This document shows, piece by piece, positions 12,386 to 42,763 of a stretch of 64,000 bases of DNA (within the stretch, counting starts at the first letter, position 1; the number at the start of each line of letters is the position of its first letter). Source of the stretch: Styela clava (taxonomy: Eukaryota). The notes beneath the pieces are model-generated. The model had not been told where the DNA came from. It searched no databases and saw only the letters and a list, made by a program, of their open reading frames with translations. The stretch lies in assembly GCF_964204865.1 (NCBI RefSeq), contig NC_135255.1:682001-746000 (forward strand), read 5' to 3'. A program made the position numbers and the translations under genes.

Positions 12386-15300
12386 AACAAGTAAACGAAT
12401 AGCTCGCAGAGCCATGTGATTCCTATGGAGCACAGAGCTATGATTGAGAGAGGCCGTGGTTCGCCATATATTTAGGCCTTCTTTTCGGCTTTCTTCTCCT
12501 CTTGGATAAATATGTAAATCCCATGTTATATCAATTAATAAATACATAAATAACCGCACTCCTTTCGGCGACTGGTTCATATTCTGTTCTGTAGATGCGT
12601 TTTCTGTCTAATAGATATGCATTCCCAATAAGCATATTCTCATAGTTGCATGCTTTCAGCGTACCATACTTCGAAACCCAAAACCAAATATGTATTGAAG
12701 AATTAAAGACCTCAATACGGCCAATTTCGCACCCGACTCGGCTGAAGCAAGGGATTTTGGCAGCGAGCAATGCGTTTTCTTAATATGCAACGAACCATTT
12801 ATCTGGACGACGTAAAAAATGCAGGGAACAATGCCATAATGAGCAAATCTTTGAAAGTTTCCACTCATTGTATCTATGCTCATTGGTTAGAACGAACAAA
12901 TATTGATAATGCAATTCCTTGAATAACTCAGTAACCAGTACTTAATTATTGACTGGATTGATTCAATGTTAATAAACTTGTTTTGTGTGTTATGTACATT
13001 CTAACGTAAATCAAAACTTGGATGGTAATATTTAAAGTTTGGTACAGACGTTTGCGGAATTGCGGCACGCAATTAATTTCGTCATGCGAAATTGGCCCGC
13101 GACACTGGAAAAGTTGAGCAGTCCTGGCTTTGTTCAGAGGTTGTGATATGATGATAATTTTCCAATTTGGTGTTTTGCATCATCAATCATCATGTTTCGC
13201 GAGGCAGAGAGAGTCAATTGAGCAATTGAGTGATATATTTCTTCCTATTCAGAATCTTGCTATAATACGTTTAATATGTTCATATATTTATTTCCATCAG
13301 TTTTGTTTGAAATGTCCACCGGCATGGACCAGCATTAGTGAAAATTTTTGACACCAGGATGATTACTAATACGATATAGGCTACCTATAGTGGAAGACTG
13401 GGTGGGTAGATGAAGACACAAAAAAAAATTAGGAATTTTATTTTTGGTTATATACAAAAGTACTGTTGTAAAACATCTTCTGTTCTAATTTACATGTTCT
13501 GGAAGAAGTCGCAATTTTATTAGCATTATAAAAAGAAAAGACTCTATAAGAAAAGTTGTAACAACGAAAGAGGAGCCTCTTAGTATTTGCTATAAAAATA
13601 ACCAGTTTCTAGAATGATATTTCAGTGCTATGTCAAAAATTTTGAAAACAAAAATATTACATTCTTCCATTATCCAAAGTGTCCGGTACCACTTCCAAGG
13701 GATCTCCAATACCACTCATGAACAAAGGATTTAGTTTTGCCTATATGCGTCTATATCCAGAATATATATTTTTCATTCACCATTTGTTTTTAAATTTTTT
13801 GAATGAGCGAGTAAACATATCAATAAAATTTAGTTTAATACAGTGCCGAAACATGTTCTTTCTGGTCGATACTTCAGGGGTTTTGTCATTCACATTGGAA
13901 ATCGGTTCGAATCAGCATATACATCAATTGGTGATAATATATCTTTGTAGAAGTTGTATATCGTTTCTATTAAACAAACGATTTGCTCTGATTATATAAG
14001 TACCGAGTCACTTGTAAAAAATATTTAGACTACCGTCCGATATTGGTAACATGACAACACGCCACATGAAGGTTCACTTTCGACCACTGTGTTGGAAGTT
14101 TTTAAAACACCTGCGCAGATGGGCAGCATCGCTATTCAAGTAAAACACATTAAATGGAAGATTATATTAAATTTTTTTGTTTTGTTCTTCCAACAGAATC
14201 CATTTTCCTATTGGCGTTTTATTTGCAATGATTTTTAACCACCCCTTTGAATTTTCTCCATATCGCTTTGCTAAATCAATGGTTTGTATCACGAATTGCC
14301 AAAAAACCTATGACCTGATGACAACTTTTGAACAAAAACACATTTTGGACTTGTAAACAACAACGCAATTTTAAAAAGCCGAATCATATTTCTTGATTTT
14401 GTCTATGTAAGATTTAAACACGTTCTGCCCTAACAAGGAAACTAGTTAAGTTGAGTTAAACCAAACTATAAATTGAAGCAATTATATTTTTAAAATAACT
14501 ACGAAATACAGAAGTAGTAATCTGGAAAATAATAAAAAAAAAATGTGGAATTATTCAGCTGTGATCGTATGGGTCTGGTCAACTTATCTGATTCAGTTCG
14601 TCGTCAGTGGGCATGTAAGACGGGGAAATGGACATAAAATAAAAACTTGAAATCTCGAAAATTTTATACTGGATTGAATATCTCATGTTACCAAATGTTA
14701 TTATCTCTAGAGTCTCTAGACCAGCGTTTCTCAAACTGTGTTCCGCGAGCATCTTCCGAGTGTTCCGTGAAAAATAAATCAAAAATACGTCTAAGTGGGT
14801 CGCCATGGCAATCGGACTAAGTAAGGTAGGGTAGTGGGCAGTGGCATTTTCGTTAACCGTCGGCCTAGCATTTTGACTGTTAAGTTCATTATCAAGTTTG
14901 CAACAATCATCTTGGTTTTGCTATAGGCAAACAAGTAGGTCTAAAGAATAAAGGCATATGGTCAACTCTTCTTCCGCCATCTCCGCCAGGATTTACTTTG
15001 AAATGCTGAAAAAATTACTCACGTAGTCACGTTTGCTAACCTCGATTCAGCAGATAAATAAACTGCAGCTCGCGAAGTTGTAGCAAGTACCTTTATCTCC
15101 AGTATAGGCTTGTTTTCTACTTTTGCTTTTGTAACACTGTAAATATTGTTCATAGAATGTAATTTTTTACGTTACACTTACATGGCCCGCCAGTCTAGGT
15201 GGGCATAAATTTCGGCCCCTGGTCCAAAAACCTTGCCCACCCCTGTTCTAGAAGCTTTCTTCAATCCCCAACGTATTGAAGAGTTAAAAAACATAGACGC

Positions 15301-16020
15301 ATATAGCACTCTACAAGGGAAAAGCTTCTTTTGTGTAAGTTCATCGAAAATGAAACCGTCTTCAGTTGATAAGGTAGGCCTATGAGGTTTTCGCGCTATT
15401 GTTGAGCAAAGGTTTAGTTTACAGAGGTATATTTTATAATTATAAAAGACATGCCCCCCTTCTCCTATTTTTTGGAACAACTTGAAGCCACCGTGGTCAT
15501 TGAGGTGTAACCTCGAGTGCACCTGGGAAGCAGAAAAATTGAAACCTTTTTGAGATCTGAACGCAGGAGGGATGTTATAAACTGAAGTGTTGATGACCCA
15601 AGCCTCTCATTTCTCAGACTCCGAAAGGCAGTCAGATACGGATGGGATAAGAGCATTATTCAGCACCACGGAAAAGTTGGAAGTCTATCGTCAAAACGAG
15701 AGAGCTCCGAATCGATCCCGCCGATATTAGAAAGAAGCACGCTATTCATATATATATGTGAGTACAGTACAACCAGACCAACCTACAAAATCACGGCGAG
15801 CGAGAGTGCATTCGCACTCAAGCGTAACAAGAGAACAAAGGAACATAAATAAACAAGGTATAAATTTCTTCGATTCTATAATCCTGTAATTAGCGTGCGG
15901 TACGGACGGTAGACTAGAGAGGAATAAATAAAAAAAATAAAAAATAATAAATAAAAAAAAAAAAAAAAATAAATAAAAAAATAAATAAATAAATAAAAAA
16001 TAAAATAAAATAAAAAAAAA

Positions 16021-16981
16021 CTCAAATGAGTATAGATTATTATTAGAATTTTTAAGAAAGCATACCATAAGTAGTACAGATATAAAAGAAGATATGCATA
16101 AAACTATTTATAAAAAAATTGTTATTTCTATGACTGGGGACAGATTAATTTTTCTACGCAATTGTAATTTAAATATTGCATGTGAGAATATTCATAGTAA
16201 TATTCTGGCAAACTATATGAAAACCTTTAATTTCAAGTTAATGTGGGATATTTTACCAGTAAAAACAAAACCTGGAATAAGAAATATAGCAGGAAATGAT
16301 ACGTGTGTGTTATGTGGAAAAGAACCAGAATTTGTTAGCCATCTATTTATGAATTGTGAATATTTTGATTATGTTTTTGATTTTATGGAAAATACTGTTA
16401 GGAAATTAAATAATGCCAGACTTTTGAAAAATTATGAAACTTGTGTTTTATTGGATTTAAGCTATTTGTTACATTCCAACATTACAAGACGAGATTTAGA
16501 TATTATTGTTTATTTAATTTCAATCACTAGATATAAAATATGGATACAAACAAATTCTGTTATATTCGAAGGTGATCCCCCTAATCAGCACCTAGTTATC
16601 AAACAAATAAAAACTGCAATCACTTACAGACTCAACATTGAAAAAAATAGAAAATCACCAAATTTTGTCAGAGAATTTGAAATACTAAAGAATTGTATTT
16701 GAACTATAAATCTAGTGTGTATAAATTTAGTATGTATTAAAATGAACATGTATAATATATTTGATTTTTTACGTTTATTGTACATAATCTAACTCAATAT
16801 ACTAAAAATTGATGAATTGTATGCCGATACGATCAACACCTCAAACACTGATGGAATGGACATATGAAAAATGAATATTGGATTAATTATCTTATGATTG
16901 CTCGAATGGTTATATACTTTTTGTTATAATTTATTATATTATCCCATTAAAAAAAAAATAAAAAAAAAATAAAAATAAAAA
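16021..16981 (+). mobile_element. 5'-truncated L1/Tx1-type LINE (ORF2 C-terminus, 3' UTR, A-rich tail)
   Basis: Open frame 16022-16702 encodes a zf-RVT region (CVLCGKEPEFVSHLFMNC...YKIWIQTNSVIFEG). A-rich tail at 16949-16981 and an A-rich tract at 15924-16020 upstream. Confidence 0.85.
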
Positions 16982-17559
16982 CAGTTTATACGGTGCCGGT
17001 ACAACCACTCGCGATCGACAGTTCAGCATTTAGTGGAGAGTGGAGCACTATGGTACCATACTGCAGTGCACTCATGCACTATCAGACTATAGAGAGAGAA
17101 ATTTTATTTTTTCGTCAACCAAAATAAAATATTAGGTACCGGTACGGTACGGTCAAAGTGACTATAACACTATTATTATAGTCACTTTGGGTACGGTTGT
17201 CATCGCAATACAGCAATATTGAAAAATGATAACAAGTAACTGAGTACCGGTAATAAATTAGTTTGGTACCGGTACCGTACCGGTATAGACAGGACACAGG
17301 AGGGAATGATCTGTACCGGTATGACCAGTGCGTCATCAAACAGTCAAAGTCAACTTATCCAAACTACTGAACTACGAGAGAATCGCGGGTACCGGTATAG
17401 CATTGCTAGTTCTGTAGACTGGTTCAGATTTTATAGCGCAGAGTACGAAGATCGCAATCGGTGTAAACAATCCCACGGTCCTACCGGTATATAGATAGAT
17501 AGATACCGTAGTTTATTTGAATACGGTACTCCATAATATGACACAGTTCCACTACAGGG

Positions 17560-17939
17560 GTGGTGACTCCACTACGACCCATGGGCCGGGGCCACGGCCC
17601 ATCTAATTGGGCCACATGGGCCGTGGCCCATCAAGCTATGGGAAGCGGCCCCGTCAGGAAAAACTCAATTATCTTACCAAAATTTTCAATTTTTACAAAA
17701 TTGTCAATATTCGGACCAAAAAAATAAACTCCTGTAGTATGTGTACCAGGTTAGGGTTAGGGCAAAATTTTGTTCAGATTTTTACATTATAGTTCTATTA
17801 TGAGTTTGGGGACTGTCTGTGTTAGCCAAGTGAATAGTTCCTTTACACAACTTGATGGGCCGCGGCCCATAGCCTGATGGGCCTAGGCCCAATTTGATGG
17901 GCCGTGGCCCCGGCCCATGGGCCGAAGAGGAGTCACCAC
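17560..17939. mobile_element. MITE with GC-rich ~110-bp imperfect TIRs and a TTAGGG core
   Basis: gtggtgactcc...cccatgggccggggccacggcccatc mirrored by gatgggccgtggccccggcccatggg...ggagtcaccac. The core gtagtatgtgtaccaggttagggttaggg is shared with 9612-9807. Confidence 0.85.
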
Positions 17940-19436
17940 TTCCACCCCAGTTCCAATTCCAGACTTCTATCAGTTTACCGTATTTCACTGCAGCACTGAC
18001 TTATCATCCCCTGTTAGTACTGTAGTACCGGTACGGTACCAGTACTGCGGTATAGTAATGAATGCTGGAATGTCTGAATGTTAAATATGAAATTACAGAA
18101 TTATATAGGCTATGCCGGTAACTTCAGTTTTGCTATGCCCTAATGGCACTCGACTTTCCGGTGTAGTTTGCCTGCTTTTGCAGTTTTGTCAATCAAAATG
18201 CTGAAATGAGAAAGCAATTTATCAGTAACCAAGTCAATGAAAAACATACCCAACATTTACTGATTTAAGGAATTGAGCAAACAATCAAGAATCAATCTTT
18301 AGTCTCGGGCGGTATGTTAATTAACAGAATTTTCACACAAAAATAGGTATCTGAACCAAAACTAACTTCAACACTTCAAGTCTAAAGCCCGAGTTCACAC
18401 TCGTGTATTTTTATTTTTCAAGCTTCAATGCCTGAATTCAAGAATTCGCGCATATACACTTTTCTTTCTCAAGAATCAACGCCCAAACTCTTTGAAATTG
18501 TGTCTTATTATCAACGTATTTGGACTATTAAAACTAAATGTTTTTTGTGTGCGGAATAATAAATCTCTCTCTCTATATCTCGAATATCGGAACGTATATC
18601 AGTATATATATTCTGCAGATCTGTAAACTCTGAAACTCCTGAACTAGTCTGGCTAACGTTATATTCTGATATTGCTGAATTTTAAAAAACTTTTATATTT
18701 ATAATTTTCTGATGTTGCATTACTGCATTATTATCTCATCAGCATACTAGACAAATAGACTATATAGTTTTAAAAGTGAATTTCAACTACTGCACTAAGC
18801 AGAAGTATTATCTCTCAAACCTACCGCCACCGGTATATACTGTATCGTATCTGTTCTGTCTGTCTCTATTAACTGTCGAATGCAAGAAGATAATGATCTG
18901 GAGAAATTTATCAGATGTTCATGATTTTTTTTGAATCAATATCATATACCGATATACCTGAATTCTGGCATATTTAAAATCTTCAGCAGAGTAATAAATA
19001 CTTATCACAGCATCAGGCAGTCAGGTGAATATCAGTATATTCAGATATTTGAATTCCATGCTTTGTTGGATGTCACACACTTACTTCGCCATGTCTGCAT
19101 GTACACAGCTCTGTTCCAATTTAGTAATATTAGTCCATGTTTATATGTATTCTGAATACTAAAACTCAGAAACTGTAACATCTGTAACTTGATCTAATCG
19201 TATAATAGCTAACTCATGTATAGGCTCGATGTTTGGCACAAGTATTTTTAATTAGCCGATATCTGGATATGGAAGCCCAGGCTGTCTCGTAAAGGAGGGG
19301 TTTGCACTCAATGTTTTAATTCATGTGGGAGCTATTCTTGGAATCGGAGAACTGTGTCGTACTGAATGGCACATTCACATCTTATCATTCTTTTAACCAC
19401 AGTTCGTTTGTTTTCATCAACTGCTGAACTGCAAAA

Positions 19437-35767
<16,331 letters not shown>

Positions 35768-38386
35768 TGCTTATATAATTAATTATATAATTAATGTGTG
35801 AGTGTTTAATTAACTTTGCCATTGTTTTACTTTGCCACGAATAGGCTACAATTCAGTGTTTATTTCACCTAAGGATTCTCTTTAACTGAGTCAATTAAAT
35901 CTTTGTTCTATTTTTGATAATGAATCTGTTAAAACTATCTCATAACGTAACAAAATCATGACAGTATAAAAATGTGAAAGTTGACATTTTTTTGTTCAAT
36001 TGAAATTTGATTCTGTTGCATACGTGGGTAATTTTTGCATTAAACTTTACAAAGCATCCTCTCAATTCCAAATCAAACATTGTGAATATTGGAAAAATTA
36101 AATTTTGGTTGTGGGATCACTCTGAGGAATGGGGTTGAGATGTGACTTATTTGAGTTCATCATGGTAACAAGAAAATGAATATTTCTTGTGAAAATTCGA
36201 TGCAATAAGTGCAATATCTTAAAAAGAACTTCGAGACTATCTATAAAGGGATTTCTAGATATACAGAATATAGTTTTCCTCAATATGCATGAGCGCATAT
36301 TTTTTTTCTTGAACAAATCTACATTCGCATATTCTTCCAGTATTTTCATGTATAGGTTTTCCTCTGTAGTGCATTGTTCCTATAAATAATACCATTTGAC
36401 TGGTACATGCGCCTGGGAATACTTCTCAAGAATAAAAACTGATACTGCATTCATTTTCTGCCAAGTGAAACTACGGTATGGCTTGCTCCCTGGTTTTATT
36501 AGAATACATGATAAATAATACCAGATTGATATTACAATATTTTACTTTTATTTACTTTCATTTTTGCAGCATATAATTGGTCTACTCTTAAATATTTTTG
36601 TTATGGAGAACTCTCAGTGCCATGTCTTTCAATTTATCTGACAAATGACTTATTTTCAGTTCCTTTCCGCACCTGAAAATACATGGTTAGCTTGCGAAGC
36701 TAATCCTAATCATATTCCCTTACCATCTTCAATAGTTTAAATTTTCACCTTGTGTCCAGCACACCTCAATTCTGAAAACATTGCGTTTCAATTCCCAGAA
36801 TAGTCTATTTCAGGTTTCTTATAAATTTTTTCAATTCATGGTAATTCTTTTAGGAAACAATCCAATAGCGACAAAACCTTGCAGTTGTTTGAAAACAAAT
36901 TTTTATCAGAATTTAACCAATCTAGTGTGCTCTGAATTATTTTGGGTTTCTTCAAAACGTTTTGTATGTAACAAGATTATTCAATTGCATATTTAAGAAA
37001 TCCAATAAGTGCGATCATAAATCATTTGATTCAAGTTCAAAATAAATACTGCTGTTGGAAGAGATTTTTAAGACTTGTGATAGTTTAGACATATTGTGTG
37101 AATGTATGTTGATTAAACATAAACAACATTGTATTCTGACTGACACTGATGAAATGCATCTTTAGTGATTTTATATTTCATATTACCAGTTATTAATTTT
37201 TACTTTTCTTTTCTATAATTTACATTTAACACTGTTTAGATGGTGCCTGGTGATCGTCTGAGGCATATCTTATAAATTATCTAGATTTTTAATAATTATT
37301 TCGTTCAAGAAATACTGCCGATTCATCGAAATTGTTATGGCAACTACAAATATTCTGTCACACCAATTCATATGTAATTTGTGACCAATCAAAAGGGTGG
37401 TAAATCTGTAATTTTCAAGCTTGGTAAATCTATGTCAGTTCAATATAATAAAGCATGGGCAAGCTGTCATCTGCTCCCTACTTGGGTCAATAATGTGGTC
37501 TGAAAGCAATGCGCTTTCGGTTACAATTCCGTACATAATCCATCTTGTGATAAAATAACGATGGGCACTAATTCTAGTAATGTATCTCCCCTCCCTAAAT
37601 ATGATAATATACTTGCGTATCCCCGTCCGTCCATATTTTTACTGGAATATGCACCTAAAATCCGATGGATTGAAAATGATTATGTAATATTGTGAACAAT
37701 TTAAAAATATATATATATTCCTCATTTGATGAATCTAGTGTTTATTTATTGGAGTCGTTCGGAATGCCAGGTCAACTCACTCAATTCGCAGGCCTTCGCG
37801 TATTGAGCATCAAATATGGCGGACTAATTCTTCACTGGAGCATGCTAAAAGTATAAGTTTACGACTCGCTACCAGCAAAGAGCAAACACTGCTATTTGTT
37901 TCACACGCGAAACGGCGATTTCTAACCATTCTAGTGTTTTGTCAGTCATCGAACTTTTCCTAACGCAAATCTTTTGAGTCACGAACTTCACATATTTATT
38001 CAAGTCAAATGGTAATATTTTTATTTATTTACTTCAGCTTTCCTGGGCCACTGGACAAATTGTTCGACTTTTTTTTTATTTCGAAAACTAGCTTGTGGTG
38101 TCTCAAAATACAAACCTATATACAATATTTGTTACAGATTTCCCATAAATAATCAATCATTCATTTTTGCTCCTCTGCCCGAAACATGACAAAAATTTCA
38201 AAAGTCCACTAGGTGCAGATTAGCCTAAAAACGTACATGAATACGTGCTTACCCACCTAGCAGAAAAAAACATGTAGAAGGGATTAATCATATAGACATG
38301 AAAGCTAATTATAATCAACATGCGGGCGACTCTTGTGCATAGGTACAATGCAATATGAACGTGCCGAGTACTGCCATCAAAAAAAC

Positions 38387-38496
38387 GGTACTCCTGAAGT
38401 ATGCGCACCAAGATGTCGCATAACCTGAACCCCAACTTGGTACACAACCTGAGTTCGGGTTGTGCGCCATCTTGGTGCGCATACTTCAGGCGGTCC
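38387..38496. mobile_element. Short palindromic MITE (GGTACTCC family)
   Basis: cctgaagtatgcgcaccaagatg / catcttggtgcgcatacttcagg, forming a near-perfect hairpin. Confidence 0.8.
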
Positions 38497-38533
38497 AAAA
38501 ATCAACAAAGTCGTTTACTGTACGGTACCGTAC

Positions 38534-38838
38534 GTAACGGTATATTTGCACCCACGTACGTTTGTACCCCAAAAAACTACACCCAGTACATTTGTATCTG
38601 CATACATTTGCTCTCGTTGATATTTGCACTCATATATTTTCATCCACCTATTTCAACACCCCCATATTGATTGCACCCTCGGACATTTGGACCCATGGAC
38701 ATCTGCGCACACGTACATTTGCACTTTAGTACATTTTACCCTGGATATTTGCACCTATGTACAATTAGCCCTTGTGAACATTTGCACGCATGTACATTGG
38801 CACCCACAGTCATGTTCGCTCGCGAATAACTGCGTTAC
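38534..38838. repeat. MITE-like array of short acatttgcacc-type repeats
   Basis: More than 10 variants of acatttgcac between gtaacg and cgttac termini. Confidence 0.55.
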
Positions 38839-41800
38839 ATACAAAGGGTGAGGGTCGGACAAAGGGTAAAGTTGTTGTTTTGAAATCAATTTTGTTGTTG
38901 TTTCAAGTTGTTTACATAGGTTTTGATTTCGGCATTTTAAAATCTTCAAGATGATTGAAATAGTTTGCCAATGTCATAGGTTCAAAAATTTTGCGAAATA
39001 CCGGAAAAATCGCCCAATTGGCAACAAATGGCTCAATGACTCTGAATGCATCATCATTCTGCTTGCATATGTAGTCTGATGGATAGATCTAGCATTTACT
39101 CAATTTCTCTCCAGAAATTGAGTTCAATGCCAGATGACAAATTGTTACAAAGTTTCTAATCAGGCCAAGCTGATTAGTTTACTTACAGTCTGCAGAGAGT
39201 TTAGTTTACAGCTATCTTCGATAATGTATTGCTTGAACAATGTAGCACGTCTGTTAGTTCCCAGACAAACTTAGTATAAACATAAGTATATATAAGTTTA
39301 TTTTGTTTTCCTCGAAAAAAAAAAACGTACACAAAACAACGAACACCCAAAAGTTTGGGAACATCGGGAAAGCCGGCAATACCTTTATTGAAGTTTAAAA
39401 CACGTGGAAATACAAGTGTCAGTTAACTCATCTTACACACACAAACATGTATGGAGAAAGATAAAAAAAACACAAACATGTATCATTCGGGCGTCTAACT
39501 TGTGTAACATAAACACACTACAGCAGGCATGGTGGGTTCCAATTTGTTTACACCAAAGCAAACCTATAACTTGATTGGGGTAAACAACTGCAAAGTAATG
39601 TGTTAGTTGAAAACAGTGTCAACAAAATTATTAATTAAATTCTGAATGTCTCAGCATGGAAATCTTTATAGATCTTTATATGTATGAATAAAATCCGACG
39701 TGTCTGTCGTGTTGTAGGAGCAACGTAGTTCAATTCGAATGCCTTCTCACCTTATGAAATTGGAATGACAGCCAGCAACATAGTCCACATTCAAATTCTA
39801 TTCTTTCGTTTCCATTCATTTCAAGTGTAAACTGTTCCTAACTTTTATATTCCATTTGTTTCAAGTTCACCAACTGAGTTGTTATCTTCGGCGCCGTCTC
39901 AGAGCCGTCGACACGTTTTTACCACGCCGCATCCTGGACACGGACACGATACTGCATTGATAAATTGCATTGTTCCAAACGTATCATCTAGTAGGCTATT
40001 AGTGGCTATAAAAGAGTTATGATGAGTCCAACGATCAAAATAAGAAAATTAGTACTTATCCAGTTAGGGTTAAAATGCAGATTTCGCTGAAAATTCAAAT
40101 TTTTGAATCATTTCTAACCCTTAAAACAGGATAATCACTAATTTGTTATTCAAAAATTCAGCGTTGAGGTTTTTCTCAAAGCTCACATTTTTGCATTGCG
40201 GCGGGGGCTTTGTATACAAAAGATACCAGAAATTTTATTTTTATTATGGAAAAGATGTCTGTGTTAGTAAAAAACGTGCTGTGGCATCTCGATGTTATGA
40301 AATTCATGTACAAAATCATACTTTCGAATGTATGTGAATCACCGAAAAACGTTTATGGTGGTTTCGAAAAGTTGGAAAGAAATTCCACTCTTAAAGAAAA
40401 AAGAATTATATTTATCGATCTGTATTCAACCGCATAAGAGTCACCAGCACCATCCTGCTTCATTAGTATTTCAGATTTCAGGTTCGTTAATTTATGTCTA
40501 CAAAACATTGTTTTCAAAACTTCATCGTATGCGGGAAGAGAATAAATTGCAAAGTAGAACTCGTATATATACCACAAGAAAAATTATGCATACACTTTCG
40601 TCGTAAAAGAGCGCAGACAGTCGTCAAAAATGTGGGATTTCAAAAATTACCACGGCTCTATGGAAAATCACCTCGATCACAACACTCTTTAAAAGAGATG
40701 GTTTTTCAGCTGATATTGAATTTTTCCCCTCCAATCCACGGTCAACATGAACTAGGGGTTCCAAACCACTGGTCCGCGAAGAATTTTTGCCGGTCCGCGA
40801 GAAATTTCGTTGTTTTGTTGTTTTTCTGCTGTCTCAATCGCTTTACCGAAGATAAAAGACGAAGTTATGTTGATTTATTACGCATTTCATTTTCCGCCGT
40901 CATATTGCTGTTTGATAAGTGCGGTATTAATCGACGTCGTCGAGTTATAACACTCTTCGCCTTTTCGGTTTCGATTCATTGCGAAAGCACTCCTTCAAAT
41001 CTGGTAAGATTAAAAAACCTAAAAATCGGCACGCGTGATTTTCTGTTCTACATGCTTTTCCTGATTAATATGATCATCCAAATAAAAGGTAAATTCATTT
41101 TGTTTTAGGCGGCGATCAACTTCAGAGGGATTAATGTGATAAATCCGATAACCCGATGAAAAAGAAAAGGCTTGATTAGGGTTGTGATTCTATTCTACAG
41201 TTAAGATTTTAAAAAATCACTGTCACAATTCTGAATATCTCTTGATAACCCATCGTTAATCAATAGAGTAATCAAGCAGTTGTCTGTTTTTTCAACTAGT
41301 TACTTATCATCACTAGCTTCAATTAAAACGAAGCAAAGAAATCGAATGGTCGTTGCTGCAGAGCTATGCATGTTGCAGAAACTTCTTTGAAGTCTCGTTT
41401 GCAATCCTTTATGAAACAGCAGGAAAATCATCACTATAGAGGTAATTGTGTTTGTGCATGATTTGGCATGTACATGTTTTTTATGTGAGATGTTTTATGT
41501 GTACCTTTTTTCGCATAGTGGGTGCCCAGCACAGCATTATAATACGCAAATATATGTTATTCTTTTCTATTCCACTCATTTCAATATTTTGTCGATCGTG
41601 GAAATAATTTATCAGGGCTCGTTTAAAACAGGCATTGGATAAAAGGGCGTATTGTGCAGAGTTTTTTCTTCTTCAATGCTATGGTATCGCTTCCGTTGGT
41701 AACTAAAATAAACGCGAAAATCTGACGATTTAGAGTTTCTGAAATCGCTTTAGAACAACGTTTTTTATCTGTCGCGGAGATCCTAAAACAAAATATTCTG

Positions 41801-42012
41801 CACATTCATTGCAGGGACTAATGCAAAAAGGGGTAAATGTAGTTTTCATTCAGCGGCCTCTATATTGCGACTGGTGGATTGAATTGGGGCCGGTTTAATT
41901 ACCAATTTTTATCATTGAAATGTCAGTATGATTTTTGGCTTTAACTCCTGATTTGGCGTGTCACCGAAAGACCTCTGTAGGTCTGAAACGCGGGTCAGTG
42001 GTTCGCCATCGC

Positions 42013-42400
42013 TTCTATATATCAAGCCCCCATAGGAATTATATATATATATATATGGCGCGCCTGCTATTATTGAGTTTTCAACATGGCTCATAAGCTA
42101 GATATGAAATTAATTAGCAAGGACGTAAATTTGAATTGGTTATAAAATTTATAAAAACATTACAATTTATGCATTTATTCTCTTTGCAAGTGTTGTTTAA
42201 CTTATAACTGAACATTATTTTTCTAGGCTGACATTGATCTGGCCATTATTTATAAGAGAAACCGCCAGCTGTAACTGCATTGTGGATGATCATGCATTGC
42301 AGGTTAACTCTTCTATGTCGCTTTTTTGTCTAAATGTGCATTGAAAAGTACATCGCTGTAAAGATAAACGATTCGTACGTTGTTGTATTGTTTACATATC
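42013..42400 (+). repeat. ~400-bp dispersed direct repeat, copy 1
   Basis: Colinear similarity with 44281-44712, e.g. atatcaagcccc and attatttataagagaaaccgccagytgtaactgc. Confidence 0.8.
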
Positions 42401-42763
42401 GTCACACTAATAAATATATTGCCCTGGAGTACTTTCTGTCGATGTTGGTATTGCCGAATTCGTTGGGAAAAGATCTACCTTTCTGTGTTGCTTAAACATT
42501 CATATCTGATATAAATCAGCCGCTAGAGCAAAAAAACAAATCTGCCTAACTCAAGAAGTGGACTTGGCAAATTTTGGTTTTGCCTAAACTGATTAATGTT
42601 GACATAGGCACATTCAAACCAGCCTGTTCGCATCTAGTTTTGGGACGTTCGGGTACCGTTACGACACTCTTCGACGAGTAAGTCTTTCTAGTCAAAGATG
42701 TTTTATATATTTTAACATCTGGACGCTCCCGGTAAATAATTGCAGTCAAGGAGTATTAACAGT

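Larger units (their letters stand above)
8640..12885. mobile_element. 4.25-kb composite with ~0.8-kb inverted arms (8640-9462 / 12081-12885)
   Basis: The arms are near-identical reverse complements (compare ORFs 8954-9235 + and 12299-12580 -). Both begin CAATGAGCAT. Direct repeat GTTAGAAC flanks the outer ends (8633-8640 and 12886-12893). Confidence 0.7.

Noticed and set aside
13600-14400. Coding-looking minus-strand stretch
   Set aside because: Stops in the frames read and no recognisable family.
15178-15660. Minus-strand frames including HSRLHLNDHG (faintly SGNH/esterase-like)
   Set aside because: Interrupted by stops, runs into a MITE end, and shows no supporting motifs or exon chain.
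15742-16068. 108-aa hydrophobic minus-strand ORF
   Set aside because: It is the translation of the A-rich low-complexity tract.
40494-41108. 204-aa plus-strand ORF
   Set aside because: Crosses a hAT-like terminus near 40753 and has no domain-like content.
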